Shown here piece by piece: positions 43,869-59,261 of a DNA stretch of 64,000 nucleotides. How positions within the stretch are numbered: position 1 is the first letter of the stretch; each line of letters starts with the position of its first letter. Made by a program: the position numbers and the translations under genes. The notes under the pieces were generated by a model. That model was not told the DNA's origin. It made no database searches and saw nothing but the letters and a program-made list of their open reading frames with translations. This DNA comes from the human T2T-CHM13v2.0 reference genome, Homo sapiens, in NCBI RefSeq assembly GCF_009914755.1, contig NC_060926.1. The stretch is one strand, 5' to 3'.

Positions 43869-44943
43869 TTATAATATCCTAAATATTAAATATTATCACA
43901 AAGTTTAAGTATGTAATTTATTCTACAAGGTAGTTGTGCATTTAAATTAAACCTTAAGCCAATGAAATAGATGTGATCAACGTAAATCTTAACATTGTAG
44001 AATGTGTAACAAAGTAGAGGTAACTAATACAATATTTATAATTAGGTTTTTCATTTGCTAAACAGAGAAAAATGCTTGCTGTTAAATGGAAGGAGCAATT
44101 CTGCTGGGAAAAAACATGGGTTTTTCAAACATAAAAGCACAGAAGAGCTGACAGGCTAAGAGACAGCAAGAACCCAGAGAAGCAGGCAATCTTGTTTGAT
44201 GCTCTGTTGAAACTCAGCTGTAGTTTAGGTGACTGTAATGTAAGGGAGAGAGAAGTCAAATCTCTGAGTGTTCCAAGAGGGGAACCTAATAGGTATGACC
44301 TCAAAAAACACCACCACATATAAGTGTGAATTAGAAATACATCTTTCCTTTTCATGGATGGAGGGAGGGAAGAAAAAGAAGGAAAAGAAGGAAGGAAGAA
44401 TAGGAAAGGGAAAGGGGACACAGTGGGGTGGAGGCAGGCAAGCCGACTCTCATACAGACTTGTAGCTAAGATTTACATCCCCAGGAAGGTGAAAGTAACT
44501 CTGGAAATGACTGGGAAGTAGTTCTAGTCTGGTGGTAGCCCATGTGTCTGGTAAAGACAATGACAATCGTCTCTGCAGGAAGACATCCTTATTCTAAGTC
44601 TCAAGAAACACCCCGGATAACTTTTTAAAGGTAGTGATTAACACAAGTCAGAGTTATCCTTGCATACAAGAAAACAGTGGACCCAGTGTGGGCTGCAACA
44701 GAAACATCAGGCAGTAGAGACTGACCCCCAAAGGTTTCACATATTGTAATAATCAAGTAAAGATCAAACAAGTTGGCTTGCTGTTTAATGAAAAAAAAGA
44801 CAAGCTTTAAAGTAACTCAGAGTGTACTCAAGTGCACTCAAGTTCAAAGTGTAACATATTTTAAACTTTTAAAATTTTTACTGAGTTACAATAAAATGCT
44901 GTAAAGTTAGAAAAGTTCTAAGTTATATAGCTCAGGAGAAAAA

Positions 44944-44947
<4 letters not shown>

Positions 44948-44986
<39 letters not shown>
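44948..44986. repeat. (TG)n microsatellite
   Basis: About 19 TG units. Confidence 0.95.
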
Positions 44987-44988
<2 letters not shown>

Positions 44989-45012
44989 CACTACCCAGAT
45001 CAAGATACACAG

Positions 45013-45815
<803 letters not shown>

Positions 45816-45949
45816 ATACAGAATATTCCAACATCTCATTGGTTTAGTTTTGCCTGTTGACATTTGCTTTGTGTACTTTTGTATATGTATGTTTAATTTC
45901 CCAATTTAATAAAAAGTCTTAATCATATAGCTATATTATTTTACATCTA

Positions 45950-48350
45950 GCCAGAGTTTTCTCATTATCTTTGGCATTCAGCATTTTGAATGTAATGTGT
46001 CTGGGTATGGTCTCTGCATTTATCTTACTTTGAGTTTATTGAGCTTCTTGAATATGTAGATTAATATTTTTCATCAAATTTGGGGCCTTTTTCAACCATT
46101 AACTCTTTTTTTCTTTTTCTTTTTTAAGAAGGTCTCACTATGTTGTACAGGCTGGAGTGCAGTGGCTGTTCACAGGTGCTGTTTTCTCACACTGCAGCCT
46201 CAAACTCCTAGACTCAAGCAATTCTCTCACCTCAGCCTCCTGAGTAGCTGGGACAACAGGCGCATGCCACTGCACCTGACTAGTCATGAACTCTGAAAAA
46301 ATATTTTCTCCTGTTCTTTTTTTCTCTCTCCTAGCCTTCTAGTCCTTCCATTACACATATGTTGGTATGCTTAATGGTTTCTCACATTTCTCTGAGGCTC
46401 TTTTAATTTCTCTTCACTCTTTTTTCTGTTTTTCAGATTGTATAATTTCTGTTGTTCCGTCTTCAAGTTCACTGGTTTTCTTCTCCTAACTCAAATCTAC
46501 TACTGAGCCCCTCTAGTGAATTTTTCATTTCATTTAGTATACTTTTCAACTTCAGAATTCCATTTGATTTATTAAAAATAATTTTTATCTCTTTATTGGT
46601 TTGTTTGGTGAGTAAAGTCATCTCTTGGTATCTGTGGGGGATTAATTCCAGGACCCCCTACAAATACCAAACTCCATGGATGCTCAAGTCTCATATAAAA
46701 TGGCATAGAATTTGCATATAACCTATTCACATCATTCTGTATACTTTAAATAAATCTCTAGATTACTTATAATAATACCTAATACAATGCTTACACATCA
46801 CTTCATTTGCATGGATTCAACATAGTACTCAGCATGTGGAAGATCCAAGTTTTGCTTTTTGGAACTGTGTCAACTTTTTTTTTTTTTTCCTAAATACTTT
46901 TGATCCACAGTTGGTTGAATCCACAGATGAGGAATCCATGGATATGGAGGAACAACTGTAATTGTTCCTTTACCTTCCTTTTTTAAATATGATTTCCTTT
47001 AGTTCTTTGAACAAACACATTTATGTGTTCAGCCAGTGTTTGGTCAGAGGTTCTGCTTAAGCACTTTGAGCTAATAAGATTTCTGCTCTTTGCTGATGGA
47101 TCTGTGTATGCCTTAGAGAATGCTTTCAAGTTTGTTTCACATCTGATTGCTCCTGAGTGGATACAGCCCTGTCCATACATACTTCCCGAACCTCAAGGAT
47201 AAACCAGATTCCAGGAGGGCTCTTCTTGGCTATCTCTTTCTCTGGTTTTCTGTGTTAAACTTCTGGCTGGTCTGTCATTTTGCTTTTTGCTACTAATAGC
47301 ATGGAGTTACCAGCCCCTTCCTTAATGGCTCACTGGTAAGATGTCTTATTGTTTTTGACAATCCCCTTAGGCAAAGATTTCTCGTTCTCCGTACCAAATA
47401 CCAGTCCCCTTGGGCATAACTGCTGGGTTACCAGTCTCAGAGCCTGGATCTCCTCTGGGGGCTGGACAGCAGCCTGCTTCTCCAGGACTGACATCCCTTC
47501 TCTGTGAGTGGGTTGATAGCCGCTGGTCTTCTCAGATTGCCCCTCCCAATGTGGAGCCTCCGCACTAAGCAGGCTAGGGTAGGGGCAATTGGAGCTCTAC
47601 GATTCTCAGCCTGTCGCACCTGGGGCAAAGCCCTAGACTGGTAGCTGGAGGAAGAGAGACCCCTTAATTTTTGGCTGCATTGGTCCAGAGTAGAGTTTGT
47701 CACATGAAGCTGGGGAGTGGGGATGGGATAGGATGAGGCTGTGGCTCAAATGCCACAGACTCACTGTTCTTTCTAAGACTTAGTAGTGGATTTTCCTGAA
47801 TGAATGTTTATTTGTTGTATGCTTCTGGGGAAATTTTCAGAGACTTTGTGTTGTGTGGTTTATATACAAGTAATTTCCTTCAGTAGGAAGAGGGTCGGTC
47901 AGCTAAGCCCTGCAAACCACTATCTGTAAAGTCCTGTCAGTCAATGCTTTTAGCCTTGGCTGGGCTGCTTGGAGTCTGGCCTAAGTATACACGGTTCAGT
48001 TGTCAGCCAGAAATTTCTAAGTTCATGCGACGAACTTGGGGCTCTCCTTTTCAGGATTTTCTTCCTCACTTTCCAGAGGCTGTTTGTCCCGAACTCTGGC
48101 CTCTGGTTCCTCAGGCCAGTAAGACTGCAGGTTTCCTAACAGAGTTTTAGATCCCTGGCGGGGGCCTGCCATTGGATAAAAGGCCGAAACAGGAAAATCA
48201 CCCAGTGTCGTTCTCTTCTTCCAAGTGTCTACTGCCCTCCAATATCTGCCTGCTTTGGATCGTGCTCCAGTGTTCTTAACAATTAAATAAATATTTTGTC
48301 CAGAATGACTGTTAATTTGGAGGAGAATTAGTCCAATTGGAGCTATTTAC
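45950..48350 (-). mobile_element. Old L1 5'/ORF1 region, antisense, with an Alu monomer (~46105-46281) and a MER2 element (~46615-46960) inserted
   Basis: TTTATTGAGCTTCTTGAAT...TTTTCATCAAATTTGGG; TCTACTACTGAGCCCCTCTAGTGAATTTTTCATTTC; MER2 text GGTATCTGTGGGGGATT...CCAGGACCCCC...GATGCTCAAGTC. Confidence 0.65.
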
Positions 48351-49191
48351 TAGAAGTGGAATTCCCCCTAACCATTAATTTTAGAATGGGTAATTTAAGG
48401 TTGGGAGAGTCTATGGTTTTAATGAGGAACAAGTAAGATGTTCCAAAATGAAATTTGGAGTGCTTTTACTTTTATATTATGAAGTAGAAAACAGCAAAAC
48501 AACTAACAAAGGATGAAATTATTCTTTTTAAGCAAAACCTCAAGTCAACTATAAAACCAAAAGACTCATTCCAGACATTATCAAACATTCTAACAGTGAC
48601 TAACACTCAGATTAAGAAACTGATTTCACATATGCTCAGCATATATCAGACTTGATTTCCACCAAATTTTTCTGTTGCTCAGCCTATCATTTTATTATAT
48701 TGCATTGTCTTAGAAAACTAAGGACAAAAAGGTCACTGATGCTCCCATTCTAAAGAGAACTGTGCAATGTTCTATCCCATACATTGGCTCCGTGCTTCCC
48801 AACTGTATACTGCTATCTGAGATTATTCCACAGACTACTGCCACACTAGTAGCTCAGAATGTTATTTTTACTGTAATGACTGTGTGTCTCTCCTGCTTTA
48901 CTGCCCTTTTCAGAAACACTGAAGGCTCCCAGTGTGCCCTCAGTTGCGAGGGTGTTGAGAACATAAAGATGAACAGGATGTCGTCTCTGGCCTCAAGTTG
49001 CTTATGTCCTTGTGCAATCTTTCACTTTATGGAAGTCGGTGTAAGATGTGGATCCGTAACACTGGGACAGAGCCGATAAGCTCTGCCAAGAAAAATGACC
49101 TGAAAATTGGCTTCACTGTCAGTTTATGTTACTGTGTCAAATGCAGAGGATTACATTCCAAGAGAAAGAGTATGGGAAAGACAGAGAAGGT

Positions 49192-49825
<634 letters not shown>

Positions 49826-50011
49826 GAAGGCTTCCTTTAAAGGGTGTGATGCTGTTCCAGTTGGCAATGCCCCAGGCCATTGGAACATTGGAACTGCACT
49901 TCATACAGTGACCATGGGACCATGCAATAAAGTGTTACTTAGACTCAGTGCCTCGACCTGTAATCATGATTTCACACTCTGTGCCTGGCAAAAGATTCTG
50001 TTCTGAATAAC

Positions 50012-50017
50012 TTTATT
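50012..50017 (-). terminator. FHL2: FHL2 poly(A) signal AATAAA
   Basis: Plus-strand TTTATT, ~435 nt downstream of the FHL2 stop; the first such hexamer I see in this UTR. Confidence 0.8.
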
Positions 50018-50452
50018 GCAAGTCACATAATCTTGGTTTAGACTTGACGCAACGGGAGGTTACAGAGCTGTAAATAACAACTGGTCATTACCTTATTGAG
50101 TTTAGAAAACTTTCAAGTTCGTGACATATGTTAATTGCACTTAAATAGACAGTGAGAGAAAGATTTATAAAGGCATCATTCAAAAGGATTTTTACATTTG
50201 GGTGTGCCTTACTCGATTACAAAAATTTCAAACCATCTTCCCACCTAGGGCCTAGGGCGAGTTTTCTCTTTCCCTGGGACTGAACTATCACAAAGCACTA
50301 AAGGGTTTAAGCAAACGTGAGTATCACTGAAAAGCACTAGAAGAAAGTCTCAATGTGGCTGGAAGAAACCAGAAGGCAAGATTGCCTGGGTGAGAAAGAA
50401 AACATAAAAATCTGTGTGTGAGATCACAAGCAGCAACTTCTCTGTGTTGAAT

Positions 50453-50604
50453 TCAGATGTCTTTCCCACAGTCGGGGCACAGGATGTCATCCCTCTCTGT
50501 GAGGAAGCCACGCCCCACCAGTGAGAGGGAGCACTTCTTACAGTTAAAGCAGTCGTTATGCCACTGCCGTTCCTCAAAGGAGATGTATTTTGTGCCACCA
50601 AGTC
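50453..50604 (-). CDS. FHL2: Four-and-a-half LIM domains protein 2, last coding exon
   Basis: Acceptor TTCTCTCTGTTAACAG|; (G)LGGTKYISFEERQWHNDCFNCKKCSLSLVGRGFLTERDDILCPDCGKDI then TGA; 152 nt. Confidence 0.97.
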
Positions 50605-52454
50605 CTGTTAACAGAGAGAAAATAATACCGGATGAAGAAAGTTAGAATCAGGCAACTGGGACTGAAGAAGGAATTCTGGTTTGATCCATTTCAAAGTTTG
50701 GATTGTGTAATATGGATAATGTGAATTTCTAGTGACTGGGTGTTGGGAATCCATATGTAAATCAGATTCTATGCACAGCCTGGAGGATCTCGTGAATATC
50801 AGAAGAGATATATAAACTGGTTCCAAAACGATGGGATAAGTGCGATCAAAGAATGCTGACTGTGTATTTGTTATGTGTTTTCCCACAAAATGAAACTCCA
50901 TGAGAAGAGGGAGCAGATTTCTCTTATGTCTTCACTAGGTGCCTCACGTTGCCTGGTGCTCAAATTTTTATGACTTAATGATTGAAGCAGTGAAGGGAGT
51001 GTAGAAGAGGAAAAGGTTAATCCTCCCTGGGATGGCCAGGAAAGGCCTCACAGATAAAGTGCGATGTGGGTGGGAATGAGGGGAGAGGGATATTGTCGCA
51101 GTGGGAAGATCCTGAGAAAGCTGCAGACAGATAGAATGGAATCAAATATTTAAGGTACATTGGTCCGTGATTATAATACAGTTGGTTTTTACCTAGTGTT
51201 TTTTCTCAGTGCCACAATAACCACAATTCACATTCATATCTAATGTTTTACATTTAAAAGTGCTTTTATATAGATTGTATCACTTTATAAAGCTTAATGT
51301 TATAAACATTTACCTCAACAGAAGTTACTGCTGAAAACAGCATTAAAGATGAATATGTTCTGGCAAAAGATTACATTTTCCCCCTAAATGATTCCAAGGG
51401 AAATCTGGTATATAAATGACCAGAAACAGATATTTTAACATAGGTAAAGTGTAAATACTGTGCTTTTCTTCATGTTTTAATTTCACATGGAAATGTAATG
51501 AGCTCTGCATTACACATGAGAGTACTGTTTTAGCGACCTGGGAAGGTGAGTTAGCTGAGTTAGGTGAACTTGGTTCTAGGCCTAAGGGAAAGGAAAGTCA
51601 AGGACAAGTACACAGGGGGTGTATAGATGTGTTTCTGTAGTTACACTGAAAAGCCACACAGGAAAGCCAGGCCACCGGGTACTCCAAGTGTCTGCCACCT
51701 TCCTCTGATAGGAACGAACCAGTCAACTGAATGCAACGGGATTGCAAATCCCACATCATAAAACTTCTCCTGTGTTATTACAGAACACACACTTTTCTCT
51801 CCCCACCCAGTCACTCATTTGTGTAGCGATATGTGGTGACCATTTAAAGGACTTTAGTGTGAACTCCTCTGTTCTCCACACTGAATTTCTCCAGCCTGCT
51901 TAATAGTCTAGTCCAGAAGCCTGGTCTGCCAGCCAGCCAGATTTTGGGCTCTCACTTAGCTGAATTCTTTGGGGGAATACAATATGAAAAACTCCTTAGA
52001 ATGTACCCTCTGCCCTCATATAGCTATGGCCTTGTGGTAGAAGTTTCCCATTAAGATGTTTTGGAGTACAACCGTCCCACTAAGATGCTAGGGGACACTT
52101 CTAAGAACACAGCACAGCTGCTAAGCCTGAAAAGGCCAGTTTTTATTGTGCTTTTGTGATGTCACAGGCTCACAGACTGCAGTTTTAGCGATAATCCAAC
52201 CCAAAGCAGAAACTAAACCGGAGCACTGGCCATATGGTTGTGATCAGGTGGGCTGCAGAGGAAGGAATCATTACTTGCTGAAGCATAGCCAGTGCACCAA
52301 GGAGAGGAAAGCAGATAGGCAGAAAAGTCTGCTGTGTTCAGAGCCTTAGGGAGGTCTGGGGAGTTGAGGGATATAGACAGGGTCACAGGCTAAAATGCTA
52401 GGCCTTGTTCAAGCTTCCAATCGCCCCTGGAAATGGGAACCCCGGGACACTCAC

Positions 52455-52641
52455 CGCTGATGGGGTTGGTGCACCCAGCACACTTCTTGGCATACAAGTC
52501 ACAGAAGCAGTTCAGGCAGTAGGCAAAGTCATCGCGAGCTGTGAAGCGCTGCCCAGACAGCTGCTTCCTGCAGGCGGTGCACACGAAGCACTCCTTGTGC
52601 CAGGGCTGCTCCCGGTAAGTGACCCCTCCCGTGGTGATGGG
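52455..52641 (-). CDS. FHL2: FHL2 coding exon (LIM3-LIM4)
   Basis: Acceptor CCCTGCAG|; [33 protein letters not shown]...CAGCTNPIS; donor G|GTGAGT; 187 nt. Confidence 0.97.
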
Positions 52642-52949
52642 CTGCAGGGACGAGGGGGAGAGTTAGTGTGGCCTCTGTGCTTGGCAGACATCTTCAGTCT
52701 CAGCTACTGCCACTGGACGATGCAAGATCCTCATCCAGAAACGTCCAGTTTGTTAAGTCACCAAGAAGCTGCTTTACAAACTTCACAGTCACTCGTCACC
52801 CTCACCACACGCTTTCATTCCAGTGTCATAGGCCCTGGCTTTCCCGTTAGTGAAACTGGAGCTTGGGGTTGCCCTCAGCCCTTCCCAGGGATGCTGGGGA
52901 TCTAAGGCATAGGGTGCCTCAGTGGTGTTGCCACCTTTCTGAGCAGGGA

Positions 52950-53140
52950 AGCAGCACAGTGGAGGGGTCGGGATTCAATACAGCATCAAGGAGACCTGGG
53001 TTTGAATCCTAACCCTACTCCTTACCAGCCCTGTGGCTGGGAGCAGGTCATGATAAAGATCTCTGCACTTCAGTTTTCTCATCCAGGAAGTGAGGGTGAT
53101 GAGGTTAATTGGGCAAGTTGATGAGGAGTCCTTACTTAGA
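52950..53140 (+). mobile_element. MIR fragment
   Basis: GACCTGGGTTTGAATCC...CTCTGCACTTCAGTTTTCTCATC. Confidence 0.7.
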
Positions 53141-53147
53141 AGCCTGG

Positions 53148-53485
<338 letters not shown>

Positions 53486-53899
53486 TCACGAGCCTGTCTC
53501 TCCAGCCACTTACGGTGAAAGAAGGAAGAGGCTTAAAGGACAGCCGGGACTAGCACCTGCTGATGCCACAAGAAGAGATGGGCATCTTGGAAGTTTTGGG
53601 AAAAATAAGCTGGATGCCTTCATTCTCACCTGTCTTGTGGTCTTAGAACATCTGTGAGGTGAAGCTGCAAAGCCACATGAGGTGGAACTGGCCATCAGTA
53701 CCTCAATTTTACCTGATATTTTTCTCCAAATGTTGCATCTCACATTCTATTTAAAAATGAGTGCTTGGTGGAGCTGAGTAAGCTATCAGAGAGGAGTGTA
53801 GGTGGCCTCAGCTTGGCAAACGAAGGCTGTGGAAGATGGAGTGCAAGCACCTCACAATCACACTTTTTTGCTTTTTATTTTTTGAACATTTCAGTATCA

Positions 53900-54570
53900 T
53901 GCAGTAACTCCTTTGGTCTTTACATAAAGCTTGTGAAGTAGGAAAGATATTATCTTAATTTTATGGATGAGTAAACTGAGACTCAGAGAAATTAAAAAGT
54001 GACTTGCCAAAGAATTCATAGCTGGTTAATGACGAAGCAGGAACTAGAATTCTGGACTCCCTTCTATCTTGTATTCTTTTCATTAAACCATAAATCATGA
54101 AGCATCTTAGTATAACCCACCCCACTGCACAAGAGAATGAACACCAAACACGCTTGGTTGCAACGTATCCATGTGAATGCAGTAGCCTGTGTGTGTAAGA
54201 CATCTCTGCCTGCAACATGTGTCCTCAGTCCTCCCTTGCTCCGGATTCCATGCTTCCCACCCACATCAGCTAACTCAATGCCTCTGAGCATAGCATGACT
54301 TTCTCAGAGACTCCTTCCCTCAACACCACCCTGGCCCCCAACTCCTCAGATTAGTTGAGGTCCCTCCATTCCACACTCTGCTCTTCTCCTCCATAGCACA
54401 CTGCTCAGTAACTACTGACGGGTTTGACACTGGAGTGTACTTCCACCTAGACTACAGTTAAGTGTCTGCATCTTGTCCAGCATCAGATCCCCAGTGCCTG
54501 AGAGGGCCAAGTTCATGTCGAGGAATGGATGCTTCTGGCATGAATGTTTTTGTGTATTTAATGAACATGC
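53900..54570. mobile_element. MIR (~53900-54065) and L2 (~54290-54570) fragments
   Basis: GATGAGTAAACTGAGACTCAGAGA...GTGACTTGCCAA; TCCCCAGTGCCT... Confidence 0.55.
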
Positions 54571-54795
54571 ACACAAAAAGCATGCATCCCAGAAGGATGT
54601 GTTGCTTTCATTTCTGCAAATGAATAAAGCACACATTGGAAAGATGACAGAGGAAGAGCAACTCAGATGAACTTCCGTTAGGTCTTGATGAGAAGAACAA
54701 ACCAAAATAAAAATAAAAAGGGGAGAGAACAGGGAAGAGGGTTCCTAAAATAAAAGCAGGAATGAGAGCTCAATCTAAGAATAAAGAAAAAAACA

Positions 54796-55028
54796 GGAGT
54801 TTGTGACCAGTCTGGCCAACAAAGTGAGACACCGTCTCTACTACAAAAAAAAAAAAAAAAAATTAGGTGGGTTTGGTGGTGGCACCTGCCTGTAATCCCA
54901 GCTGCTCAGGAGGCTGAGGCAGGAGAATCACTTGAACCCAGAAAGCAGAGGTTGCAGTGAGTTGAGATCATGCCACTGTACTACAGCCCAGGTGGCAGAG
55001 TGAAACTGTCTCAAAAAAAGAAAAAAAC
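54796..55028 (+). mobile_element. 5'-truncated Alu
   Basis: Begins at CAGGAGTTTGTGACCAG; intact right arm and A tail. Confidence 0.88.
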
Positions 55029-55092
55029 AGAAGCATAAAAGGAGAGGAAATAAAGAGAAATAAAATTTAAAATAACAGTAAAGAACAAATGG

Positions 55093-55398
55093 GGCCAGGC
55101 ATGGTGGCTCACGCCTGTAATCCCAGCACTTTGGGAGGTGGAGGCAGGTCGATCACCTGAGGTCAGGAGTTCCGAGATCAGCCTGGCCAACATGTTGAAA
55201 CCCCGTCTGTACTAAAAATACAAAAAAAACCGGCTGGGCATGGTGACGCACGCCTGTAATCTCAGCTACTTGGGAGGCTGAGGCAGGAGAAATTGCTCGA
55301 ACCCAAGAGGCGGAGGTTGCAGTGAGCCAAGATCGAGCCACTGCACTCCAGCCTGGGCGACAGTGTGAGATTCTGTCTCAAAAAAAGAAAAAAAAAAA
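55093..55398 (+). mobile_element. Full-length Alu
   Basis: Alu consensus with A tail. Confidence 0.95.
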
Positions 55399-55901
55399 GG
55401 AAATGAGAGAAAGACTGAATGGAAATTGGTAAGAATACTCAGCACTTAGAAAAGGTGTGGGCAAGGTGGGGATATTCTTGCCCAGGCCAGCCAGGTACAG
55501 GTAGCAGCATTGGGGATGTTTCTCCATGGCCCAGACGCAAGGGTAGAGGCCCCAAGGGCAAAACAGCAGAAGCTGGGTGAGCAGAGTCAATAACAGGAGG
55601 AGAGCGAACAGAACCTGTGATGAGTTCCACAGCTGGCGCTGCCCAGGGCGAGTGAGCAGTGGGAGGGTGCCACTCAACAGGCTGATGCAAATCCTAACAG
55701 GACAGAGACGCTGGAAGCTATAGCATAATAAGAATTGCGTGTGTCTAAGAGTCAGAGGGCACAGCAGAAAACTAAGCTACACCCTGAAGGGTGCAGGTCG
55801 GGGGGCAACTGGGCAGAGAGATGGCTTCCTACAGATATGCAGTTCCCTTTCTTTCTTTAACCCTAACAGAGCCATGACTGGAATAGCACATTATCGAGTA
55901 G

Positions 55902-56243
<342 letters not shown>

Positions 56244-56739
56244 AGAGTAGATACATTTAATAAATGATCTGTCCCATATCCATGGAGGCAGACTTTTCTC
56301 CTTTACTTTTCTTCTCACATCCGTCTCTCTCTCCTCCCTTCCTCTCCTCCCTCTTCCTTCCATCTTTCTCTCCCTCTCAAGTTTGCAGTTGTTTTCTTGT
56401 TTTATTCATGGAGAGAAGCTGAACAAGACAGCTTTGGGATGGTGGCTCCCCTTCCCTCTAACCTCAGGTTATCAACATAAGAACATATTTAGAAATGGTC
56501 TAGAAGAAGGCAGGGTTAAACGATTTGATCACAGAGCTCAACAATGTTGATGTCTTTGAAAGAAGGATGGACACCCAGACCCGATGGATAAATGCTCAGA
56601 ATGTAAGGCAGGACAGGCACAGCTCCCACGCCACTTAAGTATCACAGGTATCCTTGGTTTTGGAAAGAGAACTGACAGACATGGACCATGGAGGCAAACC
56701 AGCCAGAACGTGCAAGGGCCAAGGGGGCATCTGAGATAC

Positions 56740-56909
56740 CTTTTTGCACTGAACGCACTGCATGGCATGTTGTTTCTCATAGCAGGGCACACAGAAATTC
56801 TGATTGTCTTTGGGGATGAAACTCTTGGTTCCAATTGGCTGCTGGCAGCGGTGGCAGATGAAGCAGGTCTCATGCCAGCTGCTGCCCTTGTACTCCATCT
56901 TGCGGGTAC
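56740..56909 (-). CDS. FHL2: FHL2 coding exon (LIM2-LIM3)
   Basis: Acceptor TGACAG|; (G)TRKMEYKGSSWHETCFICHRCQQPIG...AMQCVQCKK; donor AAG|GTATCT; 170 nt. Confidence 0.97.
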
Positions 56910-57503
56910 CTGTCATCAGGGTCAAGAGGAACACAGCAGAGTTATGGTTAGAGGGGTGTGGAGTCCCAGCAATCTGCCTTCAGAGCTTGCTGCCCTCTAG
57001 TTTTATGACCAGAGCAAGCCACTTCAGCTCTTGAAGGCTCGCCTCTACATGGAGGTAATTCCTATTTTGTGCAGGGCGTGGACTTTGTCTTTTGGTTCAC
57101 TACTGTACACCCAGCTCCTAGAACAACACGTGTACATTTTAGGCACTTAACATTTATTTATTGAATACCGTGGTTAGGAATGTTAAATCTAAAAAAAGTT
57201 AAGTCTCTCTCAGCAATGCAAAGTATAAAGAGAAGTGTGGCATAGCTCCGATGAATTCCCATGGAGCATGACTTTTGGAGTCTAGGGACTGTATTCACCT
57301 ATTGCACACCTGATAATGAACACCCCGTCTGGTTCATAGCAGGATGGAAATGGCTAGAGTGTGAATGAACCTGGAACCTCGAACCTGATTCAGTGAGCAG
57401 CCTCTACAACACTCACTTTACATACTGCCTGTTGAACCAAGTTGTGATGTATCTAGGTAGTTTTATGCACTGTACTAAGTGCTATAATTAAAACCTACAT
57501 GTA

Positions 57504-57663
57504 GTTTTTTTTTGTTTTCGAGACAGGGTCTCACTCTGTCACCCAGGCTGGAGTGCAGTGGTGCGATCCTGGCTCACTGCAGCCTTGAACATCTGGGCTC
57601 CAGGGAAACTCCTGCCTCAACCTGAGTAGCTGGAACTACAGGTGCACACCACCATGCCTGGCT
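57504..57663 (-). mobile_element. Alu monomer (right arm), antisense
   Basis: GAGACAGGGTCTCACTCTGTCACCCAGGCTGGAGTGCAGTGG... Confidence 0.85.
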
Positions 57664-58074
57664 GAAATCTTCATGTGTTACTTGTACATCCCATTTAGTA
57701 ATTGCCTAAACCTACGCCATCCATTGTCTTTTGAATAACTATTAGCATTTGATACATTTCTACCATTTCTCCAAGTGAACTGAGGAGCTCTAGAGAACTG
57801 AAACACTTATGGGTCACCCCTGCCACCACCAAGCTGGACTCACTGCAAGTGCTCGGTGTCTGTTGACTGACATTTTTTCATTTTTGTTTGCCAGAAAGAA
57901 GTGTATCTATTTATAGTAACGGATGATTCCAGATAGGCGTGTAAACAAGTACCCTTCATATAAAGCAAAGGTAAAGAACAATCTGGGGAAATAAGTATCA
58001 GGGACAAAGAAAGAGGAAAGTGTTGTAAGTGCCCGGACTAGCTGAGGGGCCTGGCCACTGTGTAAGACCAAATC

Positions 58075-58308
58075 CAGACTGCTGCCTGCTTTTCAAATGA
58101 AGTTTTATTGGAACACAGCCACGCCCATTAATTTACTTCCATTGTTTACATCCGCTTTTAAGCTAGACGGCCGAGTAGTGTGCAGCTGTGTGCAGTTGTG
58201 CAGTTGTTGTGTAGTTGTAATAGTTGAGTAGTTGTGACAGAGACTGTATGGTCCACAAAGCCCCAAATATTTATCTGATTTTTGAAGGAAAAATGTTGCC
58301 AATCCCTG
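58075..58308 (-). mobile_element. MER58-type hAT element
   Basis: AAGTTTTATTGGAACACAGCCACGCCCAT...GTAGTTGTGACAGAGAC...AATATTTATCT...GTTGCCAATCCCTG. Confidence 0.8.
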
Positions 58309-59261
58309 GGGACTGTGGCATGAGGGTCACATACATGTGACTTCAACTGGGGGTCAGGGAATGATGGGGAATCAAGCCGACAGGGGGACTGCCCCGCTCC
58401 AGACCAGGTGGAAGCAGCTGCAGTAACACAGGTGGCTTATAGGAGTCTATAGACTAGTCCATAGCTCTCAGCCCCAAAATCTTATGGTCCCAAGGACAAA
58501 GCTAGGGGTTGTATTTTAGCTGGCTAGAAAGTTGGTCATGAAATGTCTGTCCTCCAGTAATTAGGAATGTGCTGAGAATTATCACGATTGTTATTTAGGA
58601 TCATTTTCTCAGCTTCCTGTACTTCCAAGACCAGACATTTGAGATTATATAAAATAAGCAGGGTGTGTGTTGGGGGGCAATGTGTGAGAGGGAATTTGGG
58701 ATGGTGACACGCAGCGATCTTTTAATTCAAAACTAAGCTGTACAATCTATGGAATTCAATTGTGGGGTGATGAATCCTAAAACAAACATTACATGAAGCA
58801 ATTGAAATTCAAGTAAAAATAGTGGAAGGACTTTGAATTCACAAAGATTTTCTTCAACCTCCATGCATACTTTTGTCACTTGCTCTTTGGATCTCTGACA
58901 TTCATTCTGATCAAGCAGCCCAGAAGCCAAAGGATTTTGCCAATGAATATGGGGCAATTATGACTCTCATGGCATTCTTGTCGAGTTCTGAAATAAGTCT
59001 GATCAGATCAACACCAGTTCGAGGGCAACTCTACGTGCAGGGAATGCACAGGGCACCTGGAGCCTCAGGGACATGGCGCGTGCACCTCAGGCATGGCGAC
59101 AGCAGTGGCCGCAAGCCTGCATGGTCATATGCAGCAATACCGGCAGGTGGCAGGAGCGTTCCTTCTCCTAACTGAATCGCACACTCTGAACCAAGTCTCC
59201 CGCAGGCGGAAGCGCAGTCTTGAAGAAGGGATGTCTTAATCTGATTCAAATAGTCAAATGA

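Noticed and set aside
52405-52905. + strand ORFs over FHL2 exons (also 56584-57000)
   Set aside because: Antisense shadows of coding exons
56981-57004. Weaker CTCF-like sequences (also ~29624, ~55626, ~59650)
   Set aside because: Each misses key core positions or spacing
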